Shown here: positions 40,687 through 54,900 of the stretch, one piece after another
How positions within the stretch are numbered: the stretch's first letter is position 1
Layout of the letters: every line of letters starts with the position of its first letter
Assembly (NCBI GenBank): GCA_000320545.1
Contig: ADNK01003228.1
Location: 1 to 61,187 of the forward strand
Origin: Bigelowiella natans CCMP2755
Lineage: Eukaryota; Protista; Cercozoa
Direction: 5' to 3'
DNA: 61,187 nt
Position numbers and translations under genes: made by a program
The notes under the pieces: model-generated
The model's input: only the letters and a program-made list of their open reading frames with translations
Told to the model about the DNA's origin: nothing
Databases searched by the model: none

Positions 40687-41396
40687 AGGACATTGAAGAC
40701 GACTTGGTCACTTCTCTATTGTCTACTGTAATAACAATAACACGCAACTGAGCGTCACCGTCATTTCCGCCTCACCCTTATCTTCTTTATCATCATCGTC
40801 AATCATCGTTTCCTTCATCATCGTTGCAGAGGGTTCGCTGCTCGTCTCAGTCTGGTCCGATTCGTGTTAGCCCCATGCTGCTGCCCTTCTCGTCCAATTA
40901 CAACGGAAGAAACGACTTCTTCCGCCTTGATGGAGAAGGAGGCTCCTCCGACACTTTTAGTTGCATCCTGACCGACCCTGGTGACAACAGTGATAGTGAT
41001 AGCAGCGGTCAGAAGGAAACAGTCATTTCTTGCAACGGGCAAATACTGACCAGAACTTCGGCTGATATTTCTCCTTCGCGGTGTAACCCAACTGATCTTG
41101 TTGCGGACGGAATCTTGCATCCGAACATAGAAGGCACTTATTTTGGCTGTCCACGAGCTTGCTTTGGAGGCGCTGGGGGAATATCAGACTGCAGTGCTAC
41201 CGCCACAGACATCGCGATTTATACCGTTCAATCTGAGTACGATCAGCAATTGGCTAACAATGGACTTAGGGTTGGAGGAATCTCGTGCCAGATTGCAGAC
41301 GATAGAGGGGGTACTGGCACTTTTGGGATCGCGGTAATATGCGTGTGTGCGTCACGTCACCATCCTGGTCATCATGGTCATGGGCGCTATCATCAC

Positions 41397-41429
<33 letters not shown>

Positions 41430-41783
41430 GGCAACAATGTATAAAAACGATAGGTTAGTGTGCGCGACACGATCTGGCCTGTGGTGCGCGACTTCTTGGT
41501 CGAACAAGAGAGTTTCCTTTCAAACGATACCGAAGAGGCAACAGCTAATGAAGGTGACTTCCAAAGTACAACAAGCCTCGGTGGAGGCTTTGTTGTGACC
41601 GTGAGTACACGCACAAGAGTTATCGCTGTCGCCGACCAAGAACGAGGAGGGTCCTTTCTCAATGGCAACTATGATGAGAACAACCCGCAGGGTGCTGAGA
41701 TCATTAACAACGCATCTTGCCCCATTGTGGAGGTAGAAATGCAGTCAGTCCTCTTTCGTCGTTGTTGTTTAATTATAATCAGG

Positions 41784-41818
<35 letters not shown>

Positions 41819-44112
41819 TTTCATCATTATCATCCTCCTTATTGTTCCCATTCATTTATGCTATGTAGGTGGGAGGTGTGAGGGCAGAGATAATCTCTTG
41901 CACCGCAAACACCGTAACGTTTTTCACGCCGTTATTTCGCGAGCTTTGTAGCAACGCTAGCAGCGTCGCGGCAGCAGGAGAGAGCGAGGAGTGTGGTTAC
42001 CACACTGTGAGTATATCAAACCGGCAGCCCATGATCTTCGATGGCGATGGTGTAGCGCCATTATTCGCGGCAGGGCGTGTTGTATGTCCTGGAGCTTGTC
42101 CGATACAAGGGCTCGGGTTCTTCTACACGCCTCAGTGCCTTGGGTTTCGCACGCCACAAGACTGCTCGACGTCAGATGGGGATAGCCAGCAAGGGTGTGC
42201 ATTCGGCGCGGGTGATGTCTGCGAGCAATGCCCCGACAACGCAATCTGCCCGGGGGGATTTCGAGCATGGCCTATTGAGGGTAATTCTAGTGCTGATCAA
42301 GACCATGAAATTGATGGTGACGGTGATGATGGTGATAATGATGATGATGATACTTGTTATTATGATGATAGGGTATTGGAGTGCTTCCGAGGATGTAGGC
42401 TCGGTTGTACGTTGCCCATTTCCCTCCCTCGTGCGTTGCCGTGGTTGGAATGTCGCAAGCTCCGAGACCAGGTTTGTGTGATGATCCCTATTATCATTGA
42501 AAATCCTTACCAACATAGTAATTTCTCTATCTGTTATAATCATCACCGTATTCTCTTTTCCACTCGTCATCAGATGCGGAACAGGGTACGGTGGGAGATT
42601 GTGCTCAGGATGCGCTGATGGCTTCTTCGAGCAGCTCGACCAATGCCTGGAATGTCCCAATGACGAAGACGAAAAGGCAATGAGACTCGGCATCTTACTG
42701 ATGTTCGCTGTGGTGCTGTTCGCGGCAGTTTACGGCTGTTTACTCTACAGTCCAGCCGCAAAACAGCAGCTCCATGACAGAAGCCACGATGGAAGAAGAG
42801 AGTCGCAGATGAGGGCATTGATATATTGGCAAGCGCAGGATTTCGTGTTGTGGACCCTACTGCTGCTGCAGCTGTTTTCATTGGTAGTTAGCAGCGGGGG
42901 GGAGAGTACACCAGCCCTCAACACGATCCTAGCTTGGATGTACATCGCATCGTTTGATTTTCAGGCTGTTGGGCCGGAGTGCTTTGATACAAAAGGAGGC
43001 GCGTTCATCCGGGAGTATGTGATATTCTCTGTGGTTTTGGCGGCGCTTGTGGTTGTTGTATTCACTTTTGACCAGAGTCCAATTGTTAAGTTTCTTGTTG
43101 CTTGTGGCCGTCGTCGTCGTCGTCATCATCATCATCATCATGGGAATCATCGTGGTAGTGCAGAGCAGCCTGGCAACGATCATACGCAGCATCCTCCTAC
43201 AGATGACATTGCTGTGGTGAATAGTGTAAAGAGTCTACGAGGCCAGACTATGAGACTGCTAGTCGTCCTCTACACACCCTCCGCGTTGTTGAGCATTGGC
43301 AGCACTTATTGTATCGAATCAAACGACAGTGATAAAGGAACGATTTTGGTATCGTGGGCTAATCCAAATTTTGAGGTAGTTGCAGCAATTGTAGTAGCAG
43401 TTGTAGCAGAAGTACAACAAGTATTATCTAACTGGTTATTGTCTCTGTCGTTGCCATACTGTGCTCCTGCTGTGGTTACGATATGTGGTTTTCCCATCAT
43501 CCATCTATGCTTTCTTACATATTGCACGACTACTACACTACACACCATTGCTAATCATATCGTCGAGGAATTAATGATAAAAACGAACAACGAATGATAG
43601 TTGTGATGATGCATGCCGATAATGACATAGTGCGGCGGCGAGGATCATGGCCCAGTCTTGGCGTTGGGCGCATTGGTTCTTCTCGGACATGTGATCATAT
43701 ACCCCCTTTGGACTCTTTGGAAGATACGGGGTCTGTAATTCAACGGAAGTCATTCCTGCATCATTTTATCATCGTTCTTTTCCACTCCCTCCCCTATCTA
43801 TATGAGGGAAGGATGGGGCAGAACCTGAACGAAGAAACTATTTCTCTCGATTGCTACTTTCTGCTCAACTGCTTTGTCTATTTTAATATGAATTACTAGA
43901 TACTGTGCTATGGTAAGTAGGAACTTGTGTGCAATTTCATGTGCCTCCTGCATTGCCTCCTCCCCCCTTCCCGATCCCCTCTCTGCGTTTCATTCTTATG
44001 ATTGCCCTCTCCGCTAGGTGTATATCATGCTGATGACGAGCATATAAGAATTACCAAAATGAAGGCCGCTCATTACCGCAAGTAATTTAAGGAGGAAAGG
44101 AGATGCAGCAAC

Positions 44113-44144
<32 letters not shown>

Positions 44145-46275
44145 AATGATGATGATCATAATGGGATAAGAAGGTAAGCTACGACAAACAATATCAACAC
44201 CAAATACGAAGGTCATATTTCTTATGTTTTAGCATCCTTATATTCGGCCGCTATTATACCACAACAACCACCGTTGCTACTACTTCTGCTACTTTTATTG
44301 CACTTCAGGTTCTTTGGAGACGATTACCTCCCTGATCACTACTGGGTAGCAGATTGCTCACGGCAACAATGATGCAATTGATTGATGATCATGAGTAATA
44401 GTGTGAGGAAGAGGGTTGTGTTCAAAAATCCTAACCTTTGTACATGCATGGCCGGATTTTTTCCTTTGATTCCTCTATTTTTACTCAAGCAGCACTGGTG
44501 TCTGTAAATCCCTCAGATACTCCACTGTCAGCTTCTTCTGGCGTTCACTCTCTCGTGCACGCGCGTATATCTTTCCTCCTCAGATGATGCTGCTCAAGTA
44601 GCGTATTTGTATTTGTATTTGTAGTGTATTGTGGTGAATTCGAACCTATAATATAAGCTTCACTGTGGTATTGTATTAACAACGTGTCACTATGCTACTG
44701 CTAAAACTTTTACTACAAAGCTCTCAAAATTCTTTATCAACACGGTCGGGCTGATATTATTTGGATCTCTTTTGGTACAACATTTATACAGTTTAGTTCT
44801 AACAATGACGATGACCATCCCTTTGGTGTTGGATAGTTTGTGTTAAAGCCCTACGTGCGTCATATGTCTTGGAAGTTTCCGGTGCAAATGGGATCCTTGT
44901 GTCTGCTGCTGGCAGCCAGCTTGTTAGAGCTGCTAAACTACTATGCACAGGACAGAGGGACTGTTTCACGAGAAGCTGTTGAAGGTAGCGACGACGAGGA
45001 AAAACGGGGGGGGGTGGGATGAGGAAAAAAAGGAGGAGGGAAGACATACATAATTACATATTGCTCTTTTTCTATTTCTTCTATCTTCTTCTCCCTCCTC
45101 TTCTTCAGTGTGTCAATCATAACTATGATACCGACGATAGGTTTCTCATTCGTGGTGCTTGTTGTTGTACTGGCGGAGATTATGGTGCTGGTTATCGCTT
45201 TCTGGTTCGTGGTGTACAGTGTAAAAGATGCCGACTATTACGTAGAGCATTTCATGATGCAGCGATCAGGTGATGGGTCGTAGTGTGATGTCATAGTAGT
45301 GGCATGTGTGAGTCGCTAGAGAGTAGCAATAACAAAAAAATAAGGTCGAATGTAAATCGGAAAACGTGGAGAATAAGGCAAGCGAGCCACAAGAAGCCTA
45401 TATTTCTTGCATGAAATTTGAAACACTCGCCTTCCGTCAATCTTGTTGTTCACTTCTCTAATATGATCCTGGATGCTCTTTTCTCCTCCCTCTTAGTATC
45501 GTTTTCAGGAGGTCTTGCTAAGATGAAAGGTGCCCCCATTTTGCGTTCTGGCTCTGCTGCTGATAGAGGAGTAGATGGTAAGAACGAGGATATTACTCAC
45601 GCTGCAGAAGCATCTTATGAGCACCACAATCCTATGGTGGGCATGAAGACGATGAAGAGGAATACGATGTCCACATCCTCTGGCATGTCAATCTCAATCT
45701 CGCGGCATCACCAGCAGCAACAGCAAAATTCGAATATTGGCCCCACATCTAAATCGCTGCGTGGAATGGAAGCGATAACAGGGCGCCAAGCTTTGCTCTC
45801 TTATCATGACGATAATGACAATGATGACGGCGAGGACACTAGAGAACACGTGAACAGCGGTGTTTTAGAGGCCAGGAAACGTAGCCGACAAATGCACAAC
45901 AATGTCAATGTCATCAACAACAACAATGCTAATGGGCATTCTGAAATCGAGCTTGCACCACATGCTCCCGACCGCAAAACCAATGCGACGAACAATTCGT
46001 TTGTTGCCGTTGGAGATGGCGATGGCATTGGGACACAAAATTCTGCTTATTCGTCAGTATGGCTACCCGCCAGTCCGTCGTCAACACGGAACCGAACCAC
46101 TGTGCTTCCTACAAACATCACTGCTACGACAGATCCCAATGATGCCACAAGAAAAGGGGAAGCTATGAATCATTCCAGGACCGACTCAGTGAAGAATTCA
46201 GAAATGGTGATGATGGAAGAAGCCTCATTCTCTGCAACAGCAGTATCTAGGGATCCAGAAGCAACAAGTGGCTAA
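37538..46275 (+). CDS. Large cell-surface multi-pass membrane protein (signal peptide, NHL/beta-propeller-like repeats, IPT/TIG-like and Cys-rich segments, multi-TM domain, low-complexity tail), multi-exon
   Basis: Signal MLLFFLCVGIVA; LLRKVDVGTGFTTTIAG and PIGINIDTEGQFAYV...RVRRIDI; CEQCPDNAICPGGFRAWPIEGYW and CGTGYGGRLCSGCADGFF; several TM helices at 42680-45220. Stop at 46275. Assumed to be one gene. Confidence 0.7.
40617..40680. repeat. (CT)n(AT)n intronic microsatellite
   Basis: Directly visible. Confidence 0.9.
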
Positions 46276-47024
46276 CATGTGCGTCTGCAGTTAGCGACAT
46301 CATGGGAGAAATGATGACATGCTTCGACCATTGTTTGATCGGACATCAACTAGATCATGTCTAGATGTACGTGCCATTGCAGAGTTATCTAGTCAGTAAG
46401 CAAAGTCGACCATGAACCGCATGCACAATAAATGCAACAGCGTCTAGACGTGGCACAGCACTCTAGCACTGCGCACGAGCACAAATGCTGTAAAGACTAA
46501 ATGAGGTGTAGCGGCGTGCGTGCGTAGACGAAGTTGTGTGGATGTCTAGATGCACTGTTTAGTGTCTAGAGTGTGCATGCAGATGCTTGCAGATCGCGCC
46601 AAAATTGCATCACAATAAATTTGATGAAACTTTCTTAGTTCTGCAAGCTAGCATTGCTAGATTGTGCCAGATGCAACAAGTTGATGAACCGTCTGTTTGT
46701 CTCAACTGGTCAATTTTATGCTCCCACAGTAGACAGTCTACCAGTGCGAAGCAGCAACATTTACGTTGTTGTCATGTTCGCTATTTCGAGTGCATCGCTG
46801 CACTAGCTAGCTAGTACAAGCTAGCAAATTGCAGGGCATAATTCATGCTAGCATGCATGCATCTTTCTGATTTTCTATATTTTGTGAATGGAGTTCGCTT
46901 GTCCATCGTCGCTTACTAGTATTGTGGCGCAAAGCATGCTAGCATGGCAAGCATTGCTGGTGAAACGCTGTGTGTTGATCAAAATACATCCAGGCATCTC
47001 CCTGTACTTTGCATCATTCTCATT

Positions 47025-47442
47025 CTAGGTTATTTTCGTTGCCCCTGACTCTTCCATCAACAAGCGGACGTATGTCGCAGCGACTTTCGCAGCAACCTCT
47101 TTGAAGCATTTATAGCTATCTTCTATCCCGTCCTAATGTGCAATGTATGGACTTAGGTATATACCCACAAAAATACGAATGTACAAATGTAAAAATACGT
47201 CGCTTTCGATGCTTGTCGTGAATCGACTTTTTCGAAAGATGCCATGAATTTGAAAAACACGGTGAACGGTTCCCCAACAGACTGTTTTTTTCCTACGCTT
47301 TTCTGCAACCATTGTAACGGCTATTGCAGCAACAGTGCTGGCAGTACCTTCGGTTTTAGCGTGTCTGCTACTGTGCGGATAGCCACGAAACCTGCCGAAG
47401 TAGACAAGTGAAAACTAGTAAGAAAAATACATTAAAACTTTG

Positions 47443-47477
<35 letters not shown>

Positions 47478-47519
47478 CGTAATTACTCAACATTACTCAA
47501 CATTACTCAACACTTTACT

Positions 47520-47589
<70 letters not shown>

Positions 47590-49908
47590 GGGGTGGGGTG
47601 GGGGGGGGGGGAGGGTTCTGTCTTTTTACTACTCGTTTTCATCCTATGTACAGCTTGTACGATGCCCCCGGACTCCATATCGACCATAAGAATAGCCCCA
47701 ACTGACGACTGCTGGTGCTGTTGGGCGATCTTTCTCTCCCTCAGCTCAAGCGAAGCAATCTGCAATACGCAACGGAAAAAGTAAGAGAGGCGAGCGGGGA
47801 TAATAGTTCTCAATTGAAACAAGCATGTAAAACTTCAAAAAACTTTTTGAATGAAGAGTCGATGTTAGTAGCCCTGCAAGACGGCCTTGATTAGAGACAC
47901 ACGAGATCAAATGAAGTTTCATATTTCCTAACATTTATCCAGTAGGTGTGCTCGTATGTATGTGTGTGCATGTATTATGCATGCCTTTTGTTTCCTTTTT
48001 ACTGACATAACAAATTCGTCGCCGCTTGCCAAAGTCCCCACTGTTGATTGAGGAAAGGGGGGTGGGGGAGAAGCAAAGGAGAATAGTACAAAGCGACACT
48101 TTTTATCTCACAACACCCAAGACAACAACACAGGATTCTCTTCTCCCGACAGGCATCTAAACTCGATTTATTTCAACTCCTTTGACCTCCCTCATACCTC
48201 TAATATGCATCTTTGCCTTCCTGAAAAGAGCGAGCGTATGGCTGACAAGCTCCTCATCCAGGCAAATACCCTTTTTCATAAAATAACAAATGAAGCACGT
48301 GACGGATGGTTGGAGAACGTGTGACGATGTGAAACAATCGTGATACGTCACAGATAAAAGTAAACAGCGACAATTTCCGTCTTATAAGACAAAAACTAGC
48401 CATGTTGGGGGCTTCAACTAGATAGCTGGGGTCAAATAGTCAAATAATGATGATCATGATGGTTCCAAATTACTAAAAATAGCAGTACTGATCGATATTC
48501 TTATAGATCATAAAGTAATCTATAAACATATCTAGAGTAACAAAATGGCACTGTGATTGTAATCATTATGAAATGTGCATGGTTCTTGTCGCTTTTCTCT
48601 TCTTCTCCTACGACCGGGTCAATCAAATGGCGGTCAGGATTTGACACCCATAGCTCTCCGGGACGCATCAATTCAGATTCCGACTAGTCACCAACAAACA
48701 CACACCGATTACATTCAACTTACATTCTGTTTGAATAGAAAATACAACTATCCTTCTCCCCCCCCCTCACTCACTACCGATTCGGAAGTAGCTGCTAGTA
48801 TGACGCATCACATCATGCTGGCGATTGACAAATGTACCCAGGATGAGAACCAAAATCATCGCGTTTTTACATACCTCGGAGCTCGAGCACTTACAATCAT
48901 GCTTCAGGATTCTTGTCGCAAGCATCACGTCTCCAGGTAGCAAGTCTGACTGTACGCGTACCAACTCGTGTTTGATTGATGCATCATTTGAGTGAGTGAG
49001 TGTGCAACCGTCATCAATGCCTTCTACTACTCACAGCCTCCTCATTACCTGAAGTGCGCCAGCAACTCCAAGAGAAACAACGGCATCGATCTAAGATCGT
49101 TACGGAATTATGATGAAAAAGATTATTAGGATGATGATGACGATAATGATGACGATGATGATTACGACGACAATAGTCACCACGAACGCAGCAGTAATAA
49201 ATCATCAACTACACCCTACTACAACAACACGCACATATGAGCTGAATCAGACCTTACGTCCCCAACCCAACATGACAGCCTGAAGTAAGAGCAGTGTTCA
49301 GTGGTACTCTTCTCATTTGATGTCGTTTCTTCATCATCATTAGGTCATGAGAAAGGTGTTATATAACCTGTGCTGCCAGTGCCCCAGCCACGTTGCCAAT
49401 CCCAGACTGCACTACCCCTATCACGGTCGTCTTCTCTGCTCCTGCTACTTCTTCGTTCTTGCCTACACTTTGTTGGAGGAGAAAACACCCATAACAGGCA
49501 CAAATCATTCTCTCGAATGCTGACAGTAAAGAGACAATGCAACTGAGTCCTGAAACGAGTACTGATCGTTCTTAGTAGCCATGCTCCGGGGTGGGGTAGG
49601 TTTCATCATTTGGATCCCAAAATCCCTTAACATTCTGCTATTTGCTTATGATATACATCACATTGAAACTACTACGTAACATAGAGAGCTATTTCCTAGT
49701 ACTGTTGATAACAGCCATGACGTAGCAACCGGGAGGATGGTGGGAGAGCATCAACAATTATGCTAATGATACCTCTCTAAAAAATCAAGCTGCTGCTGGC
49801 ATGATTCACAAACGAAGAGTTCATAACCGCCAGCAATCTGTACGGTGTTCCACGCCGCGGGGACCCTAAGGTCAGTAGATTCGTAATTCTCGCGTGTTGT
49901 GACAACTA

Positions 49909-49949
<41 letters not shown>

Positions 49950-50058
49950 TGTGCGTGTGCGTGCGTGCTTGCACAAGCGTCGTCAATCACCTTAGAATTG
50001 CCTGTAACTCGACCTCCATTGCAACTACGACTAGAATCACCTGGTTGACATTAAACAT
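47025..50058 (-). CDS. mtnN: 5'-methylthioadenosine/S-adenosylhomocysteine nucleosidase (PNP_UDP_1 family), multi-exon
   Basis: ILVVVAMEVE, VVQSGIGNVAGALAAQ, IDAVVSLGVAGAL, LLPGDVMLA, GTLASGDEF, VDMESGGIVQA and FVAIRTVAD. The catalytic E, ME, R and D positions are present. Confidence 0.88.
47445..47610. repeat. Intronic (TA)n runs, cattactcaa 10-mer tandem and poly-G
   Basis: Directly visible. Confidence 0.85.
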
Positions 50059-50542
50059 GATGGTATTCTGCCGATGTTGTTACGTGGATGTACCACAGCT
50101 GCGATGTCTTCATTTACGTCTGCAACGAACCTTTGTTGGCTTTGTACGACGGATGCAAACTCGTTTCCTATTAGCATGGGTGTTGCGGTGACAGCGATAA
50201 GTAGCGAGCACGCTGGCAGCGACGGTTCCTGCGAGCACAGCAAGCCTCTGCGCCATTATTCTGGAAGAGCCGACTACTACAGGAAGTTTCCTGGGTTCCG
50301 AAGAGATGTCTTGGGTTCCGAAGCCGGTTGCGTTCCGAGGGTCTTAGAACAGAATGCTAAAATATCTTACGATGTTCGCAGTCAGAAAATATTTCTACCC
50401 AGTCTCATTTTGGCACGCACAAACACGGTTTCATGCGCGACAGCCATTGAGATGTTTTTCCATGCAAAAACGTACTGGATTTATGGGTGATTTCTTGCAC
50501 AAAAATCACGCACACACACACACACACACACGTCAGTTCACA

Positions 50543-51641
50543 ATGGCTCTCACCAGGCTACTGCCTCTGGGCCTCCTCTCCACCCTATGCATCCTCCAGG
50601 TGCTGGGGAATGATGGCGAGAGCCAAGAGGAACCAGGTCTGTGATCTTTGCCAAGATTTTGCTTCAGTGATATATTTATCGTTGAAGCAAATAGCACGTA
50701 CCACAATACACATAGCATTTTAAAACGATTCGGCCTCGAAATATCTCTTGCAGCGCTTACGGAAGGTTTCGGAATAATAATGACACCGGCAAGTTGTAAA
50801 ATGAGAAATATGTTTGGAGCAGTTTTGAAGGTAAGGACACATTGCGAATACAGCGGAATTGTGTGAGCTGATTCATCCTTCCTTCACCTTATTATCTCTT
50901 CTTTCAACTCGCTGGTGTGTCTGCATAGTTTATCGAGAAGGACGCCCCACACTAGTAAGGAAATATGATTGCATCAATAATAAAGATATTTCGAAATTGT
51001 GCGAAAGTGTGTGCAGCGTGGGTGGCGTTCGAATGATGATTGCATCCTATACGTTTCTTCCTCTACTCTATCCCCCCTTTCCCTCGTTCTTCCTTTTCTT
51101 TGTTGTTCTTCGTCTTTGCCATCTTCGTTCCTCCCTGAGTCTCTATGTCATTCTGTGTGCTGGTATATAGCCCGGAACTAAAAGTAACTGAAATAAATCA
51201 TACGCAATCGCCCATGCTTAAGATCTACGACAGCAAAGAGGTCATTCAATACATTGTGATGATCTGTGAAAGTATAATCTCAATTGATTTCTACGTTATG
51301 TGAAGTCATGTGAAAGCTTATAATTCTATAATCTATACAGAGACGTGACAAATCCATCTTGAAAACGGACGAAATAACTGGTACCCAACGATCTCAATAT
51401 TAATAAGAATGGGGATGGCAATTGCTTTCTTCAGTGACTGTTTTATCGGGAGTTAGTCTAAAGCAAGAGCGGGAAGGGGGATCTAACCAATAAATCTTAC
51501 TTGGATTAATAATCGTCTCATGTTTTCTTTAAGCGGAAAATCTTGCGGATCTGCTCAAAGAAAGCGAAAGATTGAGTAGTATTTACAGCATGTATCACGC
51601 GCGATACGTACCACAAACGACACCCCCCCGCCCCACACAAA

Positions 51642-51697
<56 letters not shown>

Positions 51698-51866
51698 TGT
51701 GTGTGTGTGTGTGTGTGTGTTTATTTATTTACATATCTTTGTGTGTGTATTTACGACTAAATTGCAGTTCTTTCTTGTTTGTTTTCTCTTCCTCAGACAA
51801 GGAGAAACCCGGATTGGTTTTAGAGCGAGACGTATGACGTGTTTCCTAACTTGTGTGTTTATGTGT

Positions 51867-51925
<59 letters not shown>

Positions 51926-54900
51926 AAAGAGAGAGAATGAGAGATGGTCTGCAGATTTTATCTCTAAACTTGTCGGCATTTCTCAATTGACAATTGCTTC
52001 AACATTCCTTCAGACTGTTTGCGTGTAAATTCTGACTCGAATACTTTATTGTTGTTCTTCATCATCCTCTATAATTCAAGATTGGTAATATGGAATCTCC
52101 AGAAATTACGAAGCTTTTGAATAAGTACAAGGTGAAATAGGATAAGAACATATAGGGATATGTGTCTCTATGCGTATAGCCTCCTGGAATATCTGCACAT
52201 CAACAACATCTGTATATTTCATTTTCATTATGTGTGCTAGTGAATGTGCACACATGTGCCATGCAAAGTACGCATGTATTACACGGTTATATGTATAGGG
52301 ACATATGTCCATATGACCAACGTTTCCGTGCAACGTGCACAACTCTACTATTCGTTATTACAAGTGCAAATCTTGGCTTAAGGCATGTGAGAGTTAATAA
52401 TTTGAATGTTGCGCGTAAGGTGTTCACAGGCCGAGGCGCTACGTGCACAAGTAGGCAGGGGGGGGGAAAGGCACGTTTGCTTCCTTTTGAAGAGTTGTGT
52501 TTATTTTTATTAAAGATTATATTTTTATTAAATCGTGCACTGCGTAATCATTCGCGAAGCTTTCGCGAATGCCGCCGCACGTGGGGCAGCACACTTCCGG
52601 TGTGCTGCCATGAGTCCCGCCGGAACCCACGTGCCTATGCTGTATTAATATCTACGTTATCTATATTCTATATCCGCGACAACCCCTTTGTTGTCGCACG
52701 TGACTTGTGCCCGCGTAGTGGTACGCGCTACACCTCCCCCAAGTCACGTTGCTCCTTCCTTCCTTCCTTATTCCCTTAGACCTTCATCGCTTTCGGAACT
52801 TCACCAACCACCAGGTAATAGATTCCTCTCTAACCTTATCTCCTTTGTCGCTTACCCAGAACTCACCTTCGTCCTTAGGTTCGTGTCCATACCAGCCCTC
52901 TGCATCAAGGTCCCCCAGGACCTTATACCAGTGCTCAAAGGGTAAGTCGGGAACAGCTAGGTAGAGTAGCTGATATTTTCCGTCCTTTATTTTCATAGCT
53001 ACCCTCTCCATATTTCGTAATCCAGGGTAGCCTAGATAGACAATCTTCATGCGCCAATCGTCGTTCACCCTGACCTTATTGTTTCCATATTCCACATCGA
53101 ACTTAGGTCGGGGTCCTAAACAAGGCATTGCTCGCTCCCACACAGTAGGGTTTACTTTAACATCCTCTAGGAGCTTCTCACCGATATCATAATTCTTTAG
53201 GTGACTGATGTGGCGCAAGGTGACCCTGTTCCCATCATAGATGTAGTACTGCTTCCTCCCCTTCCTCTCGGTAACCTTTGCAACGCCACCCCAGAAGGGA
53301 ACTTAGGTCGGGGTCCTAAACAAGGCATTGCTCGCTCCCACACAGTAGGGTTTACTTTAACATCCTCTAGGAGCTTCTCACCGATATCATAATTCTTTAG
53401 GTGACTGATGTGGCGCAAGGTGACCCTGTTCCCATCATAGATGTAGTACTGCTTCCTCCCCTTCCTCTCGGTAACCTTTGCAACGCCACCCCAGAAGGGG
53501 TCTTGTTTATTTCTCGATCTCAGATTTACCTTGGCCCTAACATACTGTCCTTCCTTTAGAACTCGGCCATCGTACGGGACCTTCTCGTCTTCGCTCTCGG
53601 TATCGTCGTCGTTGTCGTCGCCTTCTTCCCTCTCCTTATCCTTGATACCTCCCCCAGACGTGAAGGTGTCGTTTACTAACCCTTGTATCTTGTCTGGTGT
53701 GGTGCTATTTATCCTGCTTAGGTTGGCCAAGGTGCGGTGGAGTCGCTCTACCTTGGAGTTGGACTGGGCATAGTATACAGGTGAGGCATCAATATTAGGG
53801 TGTGGTAGCTGTAGAAGAGAGGTCTCATTATCCACATGTAACTTCTTTGGTATCTTGTTTATGCTAACTTCATCAGGGATAGCCTGGAGCTCAGACTCCC
53901 AGGTACGGTAGCAGTTAGTAAGCCTCTGCTTATATAAGCCTTTGTTCTTCTTAGCAACGTTGACCTTGATAATCTTTTTAACCCAGCACTTTCCAGTGGC
54001 CACATCAACGAAGGTAAGGTAGTGATAGCCATCGTACTTATAAACATCAATTTGCACGATATCTAAGAAGTTCCTTGCTTTGATTTTCTTAGATGCACGG
54101 CTCTTGCTGGACTCCTTGGTGGCGACGCCTGCCGCCTTCAAGCTGGAGCACCTGCAGCCACGCAGGTATGTCCTTATCTCTTTTAGCTTGTAGGGCCAGT
54201 AGTAATGGTAGAGTAGAGCAGTGATATGGTTTTCTCCTACGTGTGCAGGTCCATGGGCGGTAAAGAGAAGGGCTCCCCTGGTCCGCCGTGGCACGTAGGT
54301 ACGCCTAACATTATTAGTGTATACATATATCCTATCACTAAGTACCTCATGCTTGTGTTTGTATTTATCCAGGTGTTCTTGAAGGTGCTGGAGCTCCTCT
54401 GGCTCAGGCAGGAAGTCGCCGTCCTCGAAGGTAATCGCGTTAACCATAGGGGTGACCTGGGTAGGGACTTTCTTTTCGAACAGCCTGCTGAAATAGTCAG
54501 CAAGCTGCTTGTCTCCTGGTGCGTAGACCACTGTCCTCTTGTCCCTAAACTCTTCCGTGTCCGCCCTCATAGCTGCATACTCATCGTTAGGCGCTTCGAG
54601 CTTGCGGTCGATGCCTAGGAGGGGCTTGTGGTCAGTCATTAAGGTGAAGCTGGGCACCGACAGCAGGTAGTATCTTAGTTTCCTCTGCGCCTCAGTCATG
54701 GCTTTATACTCTCCTTTTGTAGGGCTGTACTTGGCCTCAGCTGCTGTGCAGGCCCTGCCCCACACCCGTATGATCTGCTGGTCTTGGGTAAGTACAGCAG
54801 CCATACCTAGCTTAGACCAGTCTGTCCATAGGGTAGCTGGTCTAGTAGTGTCTAGCTTAGCATTCAATAGGGTGTTGCTGCATAACTTTATTAGGTTATC

